Positions 10,865 to 22,264 of a DNA stretch of 64,000 bases are shown piece by piece (the stretch's first letter is position 1; every line of letters starts with the position of its first letter). Position numbers and translations under genes: made by a program. The stretch covers positions 90,609 through 154,608 of the forward strand of contig CAVVOP010000027.1 of the NCBI GenBank assembly GCA_963749915.1, in the 5' to 3' direction. The notes beneath the pieces were generated by a model that ran no database searches, was not told where the DNA came from, and saw only the letters and a list, made by a program, of their open reading frames with translations. The stretch is from an uncultured cyanobacterium. Lineage in GTDB: Bacteria > Cyanobacteriota > Cyanobacteriia > Cyanobacteriales > Cyanobacteriaceae.

Positions 10865-11830
10865 ATGATAACCAAAATAGCCGTTGTTGGGGCTGGAATA
10901 GCAGGTTTAACCATAGCGAAAAAATTGACAAATCGAGGGTTCTCAGTAGATATTTTCGATAAGGGTAGAGCAGTTGGTGGTAGAATGTCTAGCAGAAGAA
11001 CACAATGGGGTTATCTTGATCATGGGACGCAGTATTTTACCGTCAAAAACCCTGTTTTTCAAGATTTTCTGGCACAAAATAAAAAATTTGTCAAGGTATG
11101 GACTGGAAAATTTGCCTGTTGGCGGGATGGAGAGTTAACAACTATCGAGCCTGAAAATTCCCGATATGTACCAACTTTAGCCATGAATAATCTGTGTAAA
11201 AATATGGCAATAGGATTAAATGTAAAGTTACAAACCCGCATTATCCGTTTAGAGAAAGGCCAAAAATGGATATTAATCGACGAAAACCAGCAAAAATACT
11301 CAGATTATGATTATGTGATGATTACCGCACCTCCAATACAAACCATCGATTTATTAGCTAATCACACTACCATCACAGAATCTATTAGTAAATTAAAAAT
11401 GTTCCCCTGTTATAGCTTAATGTTGGTACCTGAAAATAAGCTAGATTTGGCTTTCGATGCCATTGAATTTCAACATCCGATACTCCGTTGGATTGCTGCC
11501 AATGATAGTAAACCTTCGCGAGGGGAAAAAGGCAGTATCATCATTCAATCGAATCTTACTTGGACTGAGATCAATTTAGAAAAAAGTAAAGATTCTGTCG
11601 GAAAAATATTGAAAAATACCGCCGCCGATATTTTAAATATTCAGTTTAATCATAGTCTTTATGAGTCTGTGCACTTATGGCGTTATGCTATATCTAAACA
11701 ACCTAATGATCAAGGTTACTATTTAGATAAGTCTAATAATATCGGTGTTTGCGGTGACTGGTGTTTGAATGGTAAGGTCGAATCCGCTTTTTTAAGTGGC
11801 CATTTTCTAGCAGAAGAAATTCGTGGTTAA
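10865..11830 (+). CDS. renalase-like NAD(P)/FAD-dependent oxidoreductase
   Basis: GAGIAG, DKGRAVGGRMSSRR, DHGTQYF, GDW..GKVESA. Confidence 0.88.
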   Translation: MITKIAVVGAGIAGLTIAKKLTNRGFSVDIFDKGRAVGGRMSSRRTQWGYLDHGTQYFTVKNPVFQDFLAQNKKFVKVWTGKFACWRDGELTTIEPENSRYVPTLAMNNLCKNMAIGLNVKLQTRIIRLEKGQKWILIDENQQKYSDYDYVMITAPPIQTIDLLANHTTITESISKLKMFPCYSLMLVPENKLDLAFDAIEFQHPILRWIAANDSKPSRGEKGSIIIQSNLTWTEINLEKSKDSVGKILKNTAADILNIQFNHSLYESVHLWRYAISKQPNDQGYYLDKSNNIGVCGDWCLNGKVESAFLSGHFLAEEIRG

Positions 11831-11884
11831 ATGTTGATTTAAAAGCAGCTATTTCTCAAGCTAACTTCCGCGGTTTGATTCATA

Positions 11885-12016
11885 TAGACCTCTTGCAAAA
11901 GTCAAAAAATCTGGTCGTCAGAGGAGTCAGGAGTCAGGAGTCAGAAAGGCTTTTCCAATCCAAAATCCAAAATCCAAAATTACCTAACCGAGAAATCTAT
12001 TTTTGCAAGAGGTCTA
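11885..12016. mobile_element. MITE-like element with 16-bp perfect terminal inverted repeats
   Basis: TAGACCTCTTGCAAAA (11885-11900) and TTTTGCAAGAGGTCTA (12001-12016) enclose GAGTCAG and AAAATCC heptamer repeats. Confidence 0.8.
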
Positions 12017-12017
12017 A

Positions 12018-13400
12018 TTATTTCGTTGCCTCTTCTAACCACACAGGAGGTAGTTGACTTGGACGCTCAGGTAATTCCATTAAGCCCATTTCTGTTAAGC
12101 GGATGACGGTTTTTAATGATTCTACTAAACTAGGATCAAATCTGACACCGCTATAACTCTCACATTTGGCGAAGGCTTCTAAAAGACTATAGGCTTGTCT
12201 GTTGCCTCTGGGTTGAGTTAATTCTTGGAAATAGCTCACTAATCCCAAAATTCTCGATTCTAAGGGGATTTCTGTGGCTTTTAAACCATCTGGATTACCG
12301 CTACCATCCCAATATTCTAATTGATGAAAGACTATTTTTGTGATTGGTTCTAATTCGTTCATAGAGGCTAATAAACGAGCTCCCAAAATTGACCGATCGC
12401 ACCAAAACTTATAATGATTAGAGTCTAATTGATCGAGATCGTCTGTAAAAACCTCTATTGGTGCTTCAGCCAAACCGATACGAAATAATAACCCAGCTAA
12501 TCTTAACCGTCTTAGTTGAAGGGTTGGTAAGTCGAGAATCTGCCCTAATGTTTCCGCCAAAGCCGCTACCTGTAAGGAAGCGTAAGGGTTAAAGGGGTCA
12601 TTGTGATCAACTTTTTGTGCCATTCTCAGAAAGGCTTGAAGTTTACTGGCGGCAAGATTACGACTGAGTTTTAATGCTTGTCCTTCTAAATCCCTTAATT
12701 CCCTTGTTTGACGGTTAACGGTGACTAATTCCTGTTGACTGGTTTGTAAGTAAGACACAATGCGACTGACGACCCCTGTTAAATCCACTGTACCAGAAGG
12801 GGAAATGTCTTTTATTTGTAATCGCATTTCCTCCAATTTATGGGCGAGGGGAGGATTATAAGGCTTCATCCGTTGAGTTAAAATATCGATCGCCTTTTCC
12901 ACTAAAATTCGGTCAAATGTCCATAACCCATAAAACTTTCTCTCTGTATCGATTTGCGGTTGACTTGCAGCCCGATATTCTTCTGGCGAAAGTTCATGAC
13001 AAAGCAACATCGCTGCATAATCTGGAGCTAAAATAACTAAATTCCATTCTTCGACAAGACTATCATCTTCCTGTAAATTAACCAATGCCACGTTATCTAA
13101 TTGACTGGTGCGGTGGGAGGCAAAACCACTACTTGCCACTGCTGCGATCGCCACTTGTCGGCAATGTTGTGCTAAATCCCAATATCGATCAGCCTCTTGA
13201 ATATACCATTTCCCCTGTTGAAAAGTAACCAACACTAAAGGACTATATATCTCATCCTCATAAGTATGCTCTAAGATATGATCCTCTAAAGCATGACAAA
13301 GTGCAACAAGAGTGTTTTTATAATAAACACCGTAACTAGAAGGCAATTTACCTTCAGGAAGACTCATTCTTAACTGATGGAGGGTAGATTCTGGTTGCAT
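12018..13400 (-). CDS. DICT sensory domain fused to a degenerate HD-GYP domain
   Basis: YYKNTLVALCHALED and TFQQGKWY (DICT); LAGLLFRIG, EYWDGSGNPDGL, IPLESRIL and RFDP (HD-GYP-like). Confidence 0.8.
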   Translation of the reverse strand: MQPESTLHQLRMSLPEGKLPSSYGVYYKNTLVALCHALEDHILEHTYEDEIYSPLVLVTFQQGKWYIQEADRYWDLAQHCRQVAIAAVASSGFASHRTSQLDNVALVNLQEDDSLVEEWNLVILAPDYAAMLLCHELSPEEYRAASQPQIDTERKFYGLWTFDRILVEKAIDILTQRMKPYNPPLAHKLEEMRLQIKDISPSGTVDLTGVVSRIVSYLQTSQQELVTVNRQTRELRDLEGQALKLSRNLAASKLQAFLRMAQKVDHNDPFNPYASLQVAALAETLGQILDLPTLQLRRLRLAGLLFRIGLAEAPIEVFTDDLDQLDSNHYKFWCDRSILGARLLASMNELEPITKIVFHQLEYWDGSGNPDGLKATEIPLESRILGLVSYFQELTQPRGNRQAYSLLEAFAKCESYSGVRFDPSLVESLKTVIRLTEMGLMELPERPSQLPPVWLEEATK

Positions 13401-13499
13401 TCTTACATAGAGAATAGAAAGTTAATAATTACTAATTACATCCTAGCTCACTATTAACTATTATTAAATTAATAATCCTTAACTCAAATTTACTTCTTT

Positions 13500-13555
13500 C
13501 AAAATCCAAAATTATCCGTTCCCAGTCCCTCAAAACTATCTTGACAGACCACTAG
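13500..13555. repeat. dispersed ~56-bp repeat (IS/MITE end), inverted copy at 45314-45369
   Basis: caaaatccaaaattatccgttcccagtccctcaaaactatcttgacagaccactag matches the reverse complement of 45314-45369 with one mismatch. Confidence 0.85.
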
Positions 13556-13616
13556 TCATCATAAGGATTTTAGCCTTTTCTTAAGAGAATTTTATTTTTG
13601 TGGATCTCTGACCATT

Positions 13617-13643
13617 AAAAAAGGGTGCATGGCTTGCACCCCT
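13617..13643 (-). terminator. intrinsic terminator of the PEP-CTERM gene
   Basis: GGGTGCA-tggct-TGCACCC hairpin followed by a T-run on the minus strand. Confidence 0.7.
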
Positions 13644-13693
13644 GAAATGTACTTTGATTATTCTTCTAGCCTTCTCAGCTTACTTCTGGTGCT

Positions 13694-14348
13694 TTAAGCA
13701 GGACTTGAACCACGCTTTTTTTTGAAGAGGGTACCGAGTCCTAAAGCCATTCCAGTACCGAGGATGGTGAGAGGTTCAGGAACCGTTTGAACTACAGCTC
13801 CATATTCACCAGCATTGCCACCAGCAATATCTGCAAAGGTTAATTCTTCACCACCAACAGGAACAAGGCCTATTCCCGGAAGGCTAACTAGAGCCTGCGA
13901 AGAGACAGTTTCTTCAAAAGCAACCCCATTGTTACCATCAAACGAACCGAGGAATTGGCCTGGTAAAAAAGTCACAGATACACCGTTAGCAAAATCGAAG
14001 ACGAGGTTGTTTGTAAGGTTGTAAATAAAGTCAGTACCTACATTTGAATCCCATTCGAACGTTCCCACAGCAGGAGGCTACGTCGTAGAAATCAGGGACC
14101 GTAGGGAAAAAAGGAGCAAATGAACCAATAGCCTCGAAAACTGCCGCTACCCCTCCAGGGCTAAAGGTGACGTCAAAAGAATCACCTGCACCAGGATTAA
14201 CATCTTCGAAGAAGTTGCTGGTTGAATTATCCCATTGTAGTTCACCAAAACCGATAGCTTGAGCAGGAGCGAAGCTAGTTACCGCGATCGTACTTACGAC
14301 AGCGACGCCCGCGGCAGTAAATTTGCTCAATAAATTGAGTTTTTCCAT
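13694..14348 (-). pseudogene. PEP-CTERM sorting-domain protein split by a 1-nt frameshift near 14075
   Basis: Signal peptide in ORF 14031-14348; VPEPLTILGTGMALGLGTLFKKKR in ORF 13694-14068; the frames join at DFYDVA/PAVGTFEW. Confidence 0.8.
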
Positions 14349-14471
14349 TTTTACCTATGTATTTATTTAAATATTTCCACTTAGAGCCTAAACCACAAAA
14401 ATCAAATTGTCAAGTGTTTTCGCTAAAATTACGGTTAAACATCTTTAATTTACGTAGTTTAATTTACGTGG

Positions 14472-16280
14472 TTAAGAATCGAGTTTTAACACCGCCATGA
14501 ATGCAGATTGTGGTACATCTACCGTACCGATCGATTTCATGCGTTTTTTACCCTTAGCCTGTTTCTGTAATAGTTTTTTCTTACGGCTAATGTCACCGCC
14601 GTAACATTTCGCCAAAACGTCTTTTCTGAGGGCGGGAATATGTTCACTGGCGATAATTTTTGCCCCTATCGCCGCTTGAATTGGCACTTTAAATTGATGA
14701 CGTGGAATCAATTCTTTGAGTTTTTCTGTCAAAGCTCGTCCAACATTATAAGCTTTATCTCGGTGAACAATCATGGCTAAAGCATCAACAGGATCTTTAT
14801 TTACCATAATATCTAAGCGAATTAAGGGATTTTCTCGGAAACCAATTAATTGATATTCCATACTGGCATAACCACGAGAGCGGGATTTCAGTTGATCAAA
14901 AAAGTCTGTTACTACTTCCGCCAAAGGTAATTCGTAGATTAAATTAGTACGGTTGATGGTAAAATATTTCATGTCCACAAACACACCCCGCCGAGTTTGA
15001 CATAAATCCATCAAAGTTCCCACATAATTTTCAGGGGTAATAATATCAACTTTAATATAAGGCTCTTCTATTTTTACCCGTTTTTGCGGATCCGGTAGGG
15101 CACTGGGATTATCAATTTCAATTACCTCTCCATCGGTGGTAGTAACCCGATAAACTACAGAAGGAGCGGTGGTAATTAAGTCCAAATCATATTCTCTTTC
15201 TAAACGTTCTTGAACAATTTCCATATGTAGTAAACCCAAGAAACCACAACGAAAACCAAAACCCATGGCACTGGAGGTTTCAGGCTCAAAAGATAACGCC
15301 GCATCGTTTAATTTTAGCTTTTCTAAAGCGTCTTTCAAATCTCCATACTGATCCGCATCGATGGGGAACAACCCACAAAATACCATCGGTTTTGCTTCGG
15401 TATAACCGGGTAATGCTTCGGAGGCAGGTTTATTAGCTAAGGTTATAGTATCCCCTACCCTTGCGTCTCCTACCGCTTTAATTGCCGCTGCCAAATAACC
15501 CACCTCTCCTGCATGTAATTCATCCACCTGAATTTGTGTGGGGGATAGTATGCCCACTTCGTCTAATTCGTACTGTTTTCCTGACGCCATTAACAGGATG
15601 CGATCGCCTTTTTTGATGCTACCATCCATAACTCGGAAATAAACAATAACCCCCCGATAAGGATCATAATAACTATCAAAAATTAAAGCTCTTAAAGGTT
15701 TATGGGTAGCATCCTCCGGTGGTGGAACCTGGGCGATAATGGACTCTAAAATATCGTCAATGCCGATTCCAGCCTTTGCGGAAGCGTGAATAATATGACT
15801 ACAATCTAAGCCAACAACATCTTCAATTTCTTTTATAACTCTTTCTGGTTCAGCACCGGGTAAATCAATTTTATTTAAAACAGGGATAATTTCTAAATTA
15901 TTTTCTAAGGCAAGATAAACATTCGCTAAAGTTTGTGCTTCTACCCCTTGAGAGGCATCAACCACTAACAAAGCACCTTCGCAGGCGGCAAGAGAACGGG
16001 ATACCTCATAGGAAAAATCCACGTGGCCGGGGGTATCGATCAAATTTAAGACATAATCTTCGCCATCTCTAGCCTTATAGTTCATTCGGGCGGCTTGAAG
16101 TTTAATAGTAATACCCCTTTCACGCTCCAAATCCATATTATCAAGGAATTGGGCTTTCATATCCCGATCTCCCACAGTGCCTGTTACCTGTAACAAACGG
16201 TCTGCTAAAGTAGATTTACCGTGATCAATATGGGCAATAATCGAAAAATTGCGCAGTCGTTTAACAGGAGCGTCAGTCAT
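14472..16280 (-). CDS. lepA: translation elongation factor 4
   Basis: [31 protein letters not shown]. Confidence 0.97.
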   Translation of the reverse strand: MTDAPVKRLRNFSIIAHIDHGKSTLADRLLQVTGTVGDRDMKAQFLDNMDLERERGITIKLQAARMNYKARDGEDYVLNLIDTPGHVDFSYEVSRSLAACEGALLVVDASQGVEAQTLANVYLALENNLEIIPVLNKIDLPGAEPERVIKEIEDVVGLDCSHIIHASAKAGIGIDDILESIIAQVPPPEDATHKPLRALIFDSYYDPYRGVIVYFRVMDGSIKKGDRILLMASGKQYELDEVGILSPTQIQVDELHAGEVGYLAAAIKAVGDARVGDTITLANKPASEALPGYTEAKPMVFCGLFPIDADQYGDLKDALEKLKLNDAALSFEPETSSAMGFGFRCGFLGLLHMEIVQERLEREYDLDLITTAPSVVYRVTTTDGEVIEIDNPSALPDPQKRVKIEEPYIKVDIITPENYVGTLMDLCQTRRGVFVDMKYFTINRTNLIYELPLAEVVTDFFDQLKSRSRGYASMEYQLIGFRENPLIRLDIMVNKDPVDALAMIVHRDKAYNVGRALTEKLKELIPRHQFKVPIQAAIGAKIIASEHIPALRKDVLAKCYGGDISRKKKLLQKQAKGKKRMKSIGTVDVPQSAFMAVLKLDS

Positions 16281-16410
16281 AAATTTTATTTTCTCTGAAT
16301 CAATAAATTTAGCGGATAAACAATTAATGTTTCTTAACTTATTTTAATATCTCTGTGGGAAATTGACACTCTCACCGTTAACCCTACGGGTGTAACGGGA
16401 GATTCTTGGC

Positions 16411-16975
16411 TCACAGACTCTTAACTAGATTAAACAAGTTTAGTTGCTTAACCCCCGTCAGAACGTCTCCACAAGCATTTTGAATCACGGGCTGTCCGAC
16501 CGCAATTAATCCCCTATTTTTAATTACTTTTGCACTAGCAACGTCTCTTTGCTCTTGGTATCCACAAAACTGACAACGGTGTACTCTCTCACTTAAACTA
16601 ACTTTCCCCACAGGGGCATCAGGACATTGCTCAAGAGATTGAAAAGTTAGCATCACATAATAACCACTAGCTTTTTTGAATATACGGGCTTGTTTAGCCT
16701 CAAAACCGGTGGGATAATCTCTTGATTGTTTAATCAATAGCCATCCTAATTGTGGTAGCTTTACCTTTCCTTGACCCAAACAATTTTTAACCATGGCGGG
16801 AAAAACAAAGCTTCTCATCTTCTTTTTAAATCTGGGAAAGCCGTTACCTTTCGCTCTCATGTCAGAAAAAGCTCTGTCTAAGGTTTTTAAAGTTTGTTGT
16901 AAAACTTGAGCATTCACTGACTTTAGCTGAAGATTCGATTTTTTGGCTGTGGTTAAATTTTTAGCTTGAATAAGG
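16411..16975 (-). pseudogene. tnpB: TnpB remnant lacking the RuvC core
   Basis: QVLQQTL..LDRAF and GFPRFKK, then a jump from PVGKVS directly to LSERVHRC..CG...RDVASA. Confidence 0.8.
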
Positions 16976-17023
16976 CAAAATTGGCTTGAGTTATGATTGG
17001 ATTGTATAACTTAATGCTTTAAA

Positions 17024-17195
17024 ATGTCAAGCAATTATCATAAAGGTTTTAGATCTGTCTATAAACTTACTGCTCATGTTGTTTTGGGGACTAAATATCG
17101 TAGAAAAGGACAGGTGCTTATTTTGTAGCAGTTGTGAACCGGTGTTTACGATAAGTCAGTTAAAGAAATATGTTGAAAATCAAAAACCACCTACC
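17024..17195 (+). pseudogene. tnpA: TnpA (Y1 transposase) remnant
   Basis: MSSNYHKGFRSVYKLTAHVVLGTKYRRK followed after a deletion by ...TISQLKKYVENQ. Confidence 0.75.
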
Positions 17196-17386
17196 AAAAG
17201 GAAAGTTCTACCTCTTGTTTATTTGTCGTCAAAATTCATCTCCCGTTAATTTTGGTGGGCTTTTTTTGAGAAAAATTTAAAATTTAACGGGAGTCCTATT
17301 TTGACATTGTAAGATAGCGAAAAATCTAGGACAATAAAAATAGAGTGATTTTATCAATTTCCTCTACCATTAACTCTTAAGGTTCA

Positions 17387-19387
17387 TTGATGTTTACCCT
17401 TAACGCCCCCTTTAAACCCACTGGAGATCAACCAACTGCCATCGCTTCTTTAGTAAAATCATTACAATCGGGAAATGCTTTTCAAACCTTACTCGGTGCA
17501 ACGGGTACAGGAAAGACTTATACTATCGCTTGTACCATCGCCCAATGGCAAAAACCGACGTTAGTATTAGCCCACAATAAAACCTTGGCCGCACAACTGT
17601 GCAACGAATTAAGGCAATTTTTTCCTGATAACGCCGTTGAATATTTTGTCAGTTATTACGATTATTACCAACCAGAAGCATATATTCCTGTTACGGATAC
17701 CTACATCGAGAAAAGTTCATCTATCAACGACGAGATTGATATGTTACGGCACTCAGCAACTCGATCTTTGTTTGAAAGAAAAGATGTTATTGTGGTGGCT
17801 TCCATTAGCTGTATTTATGGCTTAGGGATGCCTGTGGAATACCTGAAAGCCTCTATTCCTTTACACCTTAACCAAGAATATGATCCCCGTCAACTCATCC
17901 GAGATTTGGTTAATGTGCAATATACTCGCAACGATATTGACCTGTGTCGTGCTACTTTTCGGATCAAGGGGGATGTGTTAGAGGTTGTCCCAGCCTACGA
18001 AGATCGAGTTATAAGAGTCGAATTTTTTGGAGATGAAATCGAAGCAATTTCTCTTTTAGACCCTGTTACTGGAGAATTATTGCGGGAGTTAGAGCATGTT
18101 AATATCTACCCTGCCAGGCACTTTGTCACACCACAGGAGCGAGTAGAACAGGCGATCGCCGACATAGAAGAAGAATTAGAAGAAAGATTAATAATTTTAG
18201 AAAAAGAAGGAAAATTAGTCGAAGCTCAAAGATTAAAACAAAAAACAAAGTATGATTTAGAGATGTTAAAAGAGGTGGGATATTGCAACGGAGTCGAAAA
18301 TTATTCTCGTCATTTAGCGGGAAGAAAAGTAGGAGAGCCTCCCGATTGTTTAGTAGATTACTTCCCCGAAGATTGGCTTTTAGTAGTCGATGAATCCCAT
18401 GTAACTGTACCGCAAATTAGGGGAATGTATAACGGAGATCAAGCAAGAAAAAAAGTCTTAATTGATCATGGTTTTCGTTTACCTAGTGCCGCCGATAATC
18501 GCCCCTTAAAAGCTGATGAATTTTGGCAAAAAGTGAAGAAATGTATTTTCGTTTCTGCTACTCCTAGTAATTGGGAAATTGAGAAATCAAGTCATCAAAT
18601 TGTTGAACAAATTATTCGCCCTACGGGCATTTTAGATCCGCAAATTTTTGTAAGACCTAGCGAGGGACAAGTAGATGACTTATTGGGAGAAGTTAAACAG
18701 AAGATTAGCAAAAAAGAACGGGTTTTAATAACGACATTAACTAAGAGAATGTCAGAGGATTTGACGGAATATTTACAGGAAAAAGGAATAAATGTACAAT
18801 ATTTGCATTCCGAGATTCAGTCCATTGAGCGAATTGAGATTTTACAAAGTTTAAGAGCAGGAGATTTCGATGTCTTGATCGGAGTGAATTTGTTACGGGA
18901 AGGTTTAGATTTACCAGAAGTATCCTTGGTAGTAATTTTAGACGCAGATAAAGAGGGTTTTTTGCGATCAGAAAAATCATTAATTCAGACCATAGGAAGG
19001 GCGGCACGTCATATAAATGGACAGGCAATTTTATACGCTGATAATTTTACTCAAAGTATTAAAAAAGCTATTAATGAAACTAATCGCCGTCGAGAAATTC
19101 AGCTTAAATATAATCAAGAAAATAATATTATTCCTCAGTCTATTACTAGAAAATATAGTAATTCAATTTTAGAATATTTAGATATCTCTAGGCGGTTAAA
19201 TAAGCAAGAATTGGAAGAAGTTTATACCCATTTAGAAGAAATAAGTTTAGATAAAATACCTAATTTAATTAAACAATTTGAAGAACAAATGCAAAAAGCG
19301 GCTAAAGATTTGGAGTTTGAAAAAGCCGCTGAATATCGAGATAAAATTAAACATTTACGAGCACAATTATTATCAGTTAAGTCCTAA
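17387..19387 (+). CDS. uvrB: excinuclease ABC subunit B
   Basis: [27 protein letters not shown]-terminal UVR domain. Confidence 0.97.
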   Translation: MMFTLNAPFKPTGDQPTAIASLVKSLQSGNAFQTLLGATGTGKTYTIACTIAQWQKPTLVLAHNKTLAAQLCNELRQFFPDNAVEYFVSYYDYYQPEAYIPVTDTYIEKSSSINDEIDMLRHSATRSLFERKDVIVVASISCIYGLGMPVEYLKASIPLHLNQEYDPRQLIRDLVNVQYTRNDIDLCRATFRIKGDVLEVVPAYEDRVIRVEFFGDEIEAISLLDPVTGELLRELEHVNIYPARHFVTPQERVEQAIADIEEELEERLIILEKEGKLVEAQRLKQKTKYDLEMLKEVGYCNGVENYSRHLAGRKVGEPPDCLVDYFPEDWLLVVDESHVTVPQIRGMYNGDQARKKVLIDHGFRLPSAADNRPLKADEFWQKVKKCIFVSATPSNWEIEKSSHQIVEQIIRPTGILDPQIFVRPSEGQVDDLLGEVKQKISKKERVLITTLTKRMSEDLTEYLQEKGINVQYLHSEIQSIERIEILQSLRAGDFDVLIGVNLLREGLDLPEVSLVVILDADKEGFLRSEKSLIQTIGRAARHINGQAILYADNFTQSIKKAINETNRRREIQLKYNQENNIIPQSITRKYSNSILEYLDISRRLNKQELEEVYTHLEEISLDKIPNLIKQFEEQMQKAAKDLEFEKAAEYRDKIKHLRAQLLSVKS

Positions 19388-19677
19388 AACTTAAACTCCT
19401 TGCCCGAATTTAGCTATAATTGCCGGTAAAACTAAGGTAGTTAATATCAACGACTATATCACCATCCCAAAAGCATAAAAATTAATGGCACAATCTTAAT
19501 TCCCGTTATGGATCTTCTAAATTAAGATAAGATTATGGTTGATTTGGCGGTGGTGAATATTATTTTCGTTAGTGGTGAAATGATTGATTTCTCAATTCCA
19601 ACACCATTCAACTTTATCAAATTCATCATTTACCGTCACTTAATCGGAAAAATCAAGACTCTATACAAGAGGTTCAA

Positions 19678-20769
19678 ATGAAGATTGGTGTTCCTAAAGA
19701 AATTAAAGACAGAGAATTTCGGGTTGGTTTAACTCCCGCTAGTGTCAAAGTTTTAATCGAACAAAATCATCGGGTTTTTATCGAAGAAAATGCAGGAGTA
19801 GGCTCAAGTTTTAGTGACGAAGATTATCAAAAAGTAGGGGCAACTATTGTCGATACTGAAAGTGCATGGGATCAAGAATTAATCATTAAAGTAAAAGAGC
19901 CTCTTTCTTCTGAATATCAGTATATCCATCAAGGGCAAATATTATTTACTTATCTTCACTTAGCCGCTGATCGTAGTTTAACAGAATTTCTTCTCAAAAG
20001 TGGTGTAACTGCGATCGCTTACGAAACAGTACAATTACCCGATGGCAGACTACCTCTGTTAACCCCCATGAGTATCATTGCCGGAAAATTAGCAGTACAA
20101 ATTGGGGCGAGATATTTAGAAAAACAACAGGGGGGAAAAGGAGTTTTACTGGGGGGGATACCGGGGGTTGCCCAAGGAAATGTTGTCATTTTAGGAGGAG
20201 GAATCGTCGGCACAGAAGCCGCTAAAATTGCAGTGGGCATGGGGGCAAAGGTAACTATTTTAGATGTAAACATCGATAGATTAGCCTATTTAGAAACCCT
20301 TTTTGGATCGAGAGTCGAGCTATTATATAGTAACTCTCAACATATAGATCAAACTGTACCGAGGGCGGATCTATTAATTGGTGCGGTTTTAATTACGGGG
20401 AAAAAGGCACCTATCCTCGTTTCACGGAAATTAGTCAAACAAATGTATGAGGGCTCAGTGATTATGGATGTGGCTGTAGATCAAGGTGGTTGCATCGAAA
20501 CTTTGTACACGACTTCTCACAGTGAGCCTAGCTACATAGAAGAAGGAGTCATTCATTTAGGTATTCCTAACCTCCCCGGTGCCGTACCCTGGACAGCTAC
20601 CCAAGCATTGAATAATAATACTTTACCCTATGTATTGAAACTAGCCAATCAAGGCATTGGGGCATTAAAACAAGATGCCAGTTTAGCCCAAGGGTTAAAT
20701 ATACAATACCATCGCCTAGTACATCCGGCGGTGCAGCAAGTATTCCCAGATTTAGCCGTTGACAGTTAA
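19678..20769 (+). CDS. ald: alanine dehydrogenase
   Basis: IGVPKEIK, KVKEP, TYLHLA, DVAVDQGGC, NLPGAVP. Confidence 0.95.
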   Translation: MKIGVPKEIKDREFRVGLTPASVKVLIEQNHRVFIEENAGVGSSFSDEDYQKVGATIVDTESAWDQELIIKVKEPLSSEYQYIHQGQILFTYLHLAADRSLTEFLLKSGVTAIAYETVQLPDGRLPLLTPMSIIAGKLAVQIGARYLEKQQGGKGVLLGGIPGVAQGNVVILGGGIVGTEAAKIAVGMGAKVTILDVNIDRLAYLETLFGSRVELLYSNSQHIDQTVPRADLLIGAVLITGKKAPILVSRKLVKQMYEGSVIMDVAVDQGGCIETLYTTSHSEPSYIEEGVIHLGIPNLPGAVPWTATQALNNNTLPYVLKLANQGIGALKQDASLAQGLNIQYHRLVHPAVQQVFPDLAVDS

Positions 20770-20826
20770 GGATTAAGGTAACTGCCGAAGTCATTAAATT
20801 TTAGTATTAGGATCTGGCGAGGAAAA

Positions 20827-21363
20827 CTAAATGCCAATGGCTAATTGTGTCGTTGCAGATAAACTTTCAAACACAGGGATGGATAATTCCTCTTTAGATA
20901 GTGTTTTGATCGTTTCTTTCCCCCTACCCGTTAATAACAGTACAGGTTGGCAACCGGCATTAAGGGCACATTCAATGTCACTCGGTGCATCCCCTATAAA
21001 CCACGATTGAGATAAATCGATATGGTTTTTTTCACTATAATTTAGTAGTAAATAGGGGGAAGGTTTACGACACTGGCAATTATCCGCGGGTTGATGAGGA
21101 CATATTAAAATATCGGCAAATTCCACCCCAAAATGTCGATATTCTTTAATTATGCACTTATGTATTGCTTTTACGTCTTCTTCCGAAAAATAATCCCGAC
21201 TAATACCTGATTGATTCGTCACAATTACTAATTGATAACCCTCGGTTTGCCATTGTTTTAATGCTTCTCCCGCACCTTGAGGCAAAGATACCTGTTCAGG
21301 ACGACTCAGATAAGGAATATAATCTATTACTACCCCATCTCTGTCTAAAAATAACGCTTTCAT
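20827..21363 (-). CDS. gmhB: HAD-IIIA phosphatase (D-glycero-D-manno-heptose 1,7-bisphosphate phosphatase-like)
   Basis: FLDRDGV, VTNQSG, CPH...C.CRKP, IGD. Confidence 0.8.
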   Translation of the reverse strand: MKALFLDRDGVVIDYIPYLSRPEQVSLPQGAGEALKQWQTEGYQLVIVTNQSGISRDYFSEEDVKAIHKCIIKEYRHFGVEFADILICPHQPADNCQCRKPSPYLLLNYSEKNHIDLSQSWFIGDAPSDIECALNAGCQPVLLLTGRGKETIKTLSKEELSIPVFESLSATTQLAIGI

Positions 21364-21447
21364 TAGCCACCTCCAAAAACTCAAAACTCATTTATAACAG
21401 ATATCTTTAGATTTTTGATGGTGCTTATCAAGATCTATGCCCTACCG

Positions 21448-22056
21448 TTATGCTTTCCGAGAATAGTACTCAATTACGAGTAATTCGTTGATATTTAAAG
21501 CAACCCATTCTCTTTCGATAACACCGTTAACTTTACCGACGAGGTTATCTTTGTCATATTCTAAATGACTAGGGAGGTTAGCTAAACCGGGGTTAAGAAG
21601 ATTATTTTTAACAATATTAACAGAGCGATCTCTTTTTCTAACGCTAACAACATCCCCGGGGCGACATTGATAGCTAGCAATATCTACTACCCGATCGTTA
21701 ACCATAATATGACCGTGGTTCACCAATTGACGAGCGCCCGGAATTGTAGGTGCCATGCCAAGACGAAAAACGGTATTATCGAGACGCATTTCTAATAATT
21801 GTAATAATACCTGACCGGTAGAACCAGTTACTCGACGGGCTTTTTTGACATAACGAATTAATTGTGTTTCGCTGACACCATAGTTATAACGAAGTTTTTG
21901 TTTTTCTTCAAGACGGATGGCGTATTCTGAGCGTTTACGGCGGTTTTGTCCGTGTTGTCCAGGGGGATATTGACGACGAGCATTTTTACGAGTTAAGCCC
22001 GGCAAATCTCCCAAACGACGCACTATCCTTAAACGAGGTCCTGTATATCGAGACAT
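21448..22056 (-). CDS. rpsD: 30S ribosomal protein S4
   Basis: [29 protein letters not shown]. Confidence 0.98.
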   Translation of the reverse strand: MSRYTGPRLRIVRRLGDLPGLTRKNARRQYPPGQHGQNRRKRSEYAIRLEEKQKLRYNYGVSETQLIRYVKKARRVTGSTGQVLLQLLEMRLDNTVFRLGMAPTIPGARQLVNHGHIMVNDRVVDIASYQCRPGDVVSVRKRDRSVNIVKNNLLNPGLANLPSHLEYDKDNLVGKVNGVIEREWVALNINELLVIEYYSRKA

Positions 22057-22188
22057 AGTTACTAATTTCTCCTTATATATTGTTTATATTTAGACCCAAA
22101 CATACCATTCTACCGTAAAAATGATGAATCGGGAATGGATGGGGAAAAAGAGATCAGGGAAAATCCACAGGCTATTTTATACCCAAGC

Positions 22189-22224
22189 AAAAAAGAACCA
22201 AGTTCATATATGAGAACCTGGTTC
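22189..22224 (-). terminator. intrinsic terminator of the porin gene
   Basis: GAACCAAGTTC/GAACCTGGTTC hairpin plus T-run on the minus strand. Confidence 0.65.
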
Positions 22225-22264
22225 ACTTTCTTCATTAAAGAATTAAGAGATTATTTTTTCTAGC

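Larger units (their letters stand above)
16363..17308. mobile_element. internally deleted IS200/IS605-family element (divergent tnpA and tnpB remnants)
   Basis: tnpB and tnpA fragments; subterminal hairpins (CCGTTA...TAACGG and CTCCCGTTAA...TTAACGGGAG); minus strand ends in TCAA at 16363 and is preceded by TTAC at 17312-17309. Confidence 0.8.

Noticed and set aside
11875..12057. 60-aa ORF
   Set aside because: Translation of MITE and heptamer repeat sequence
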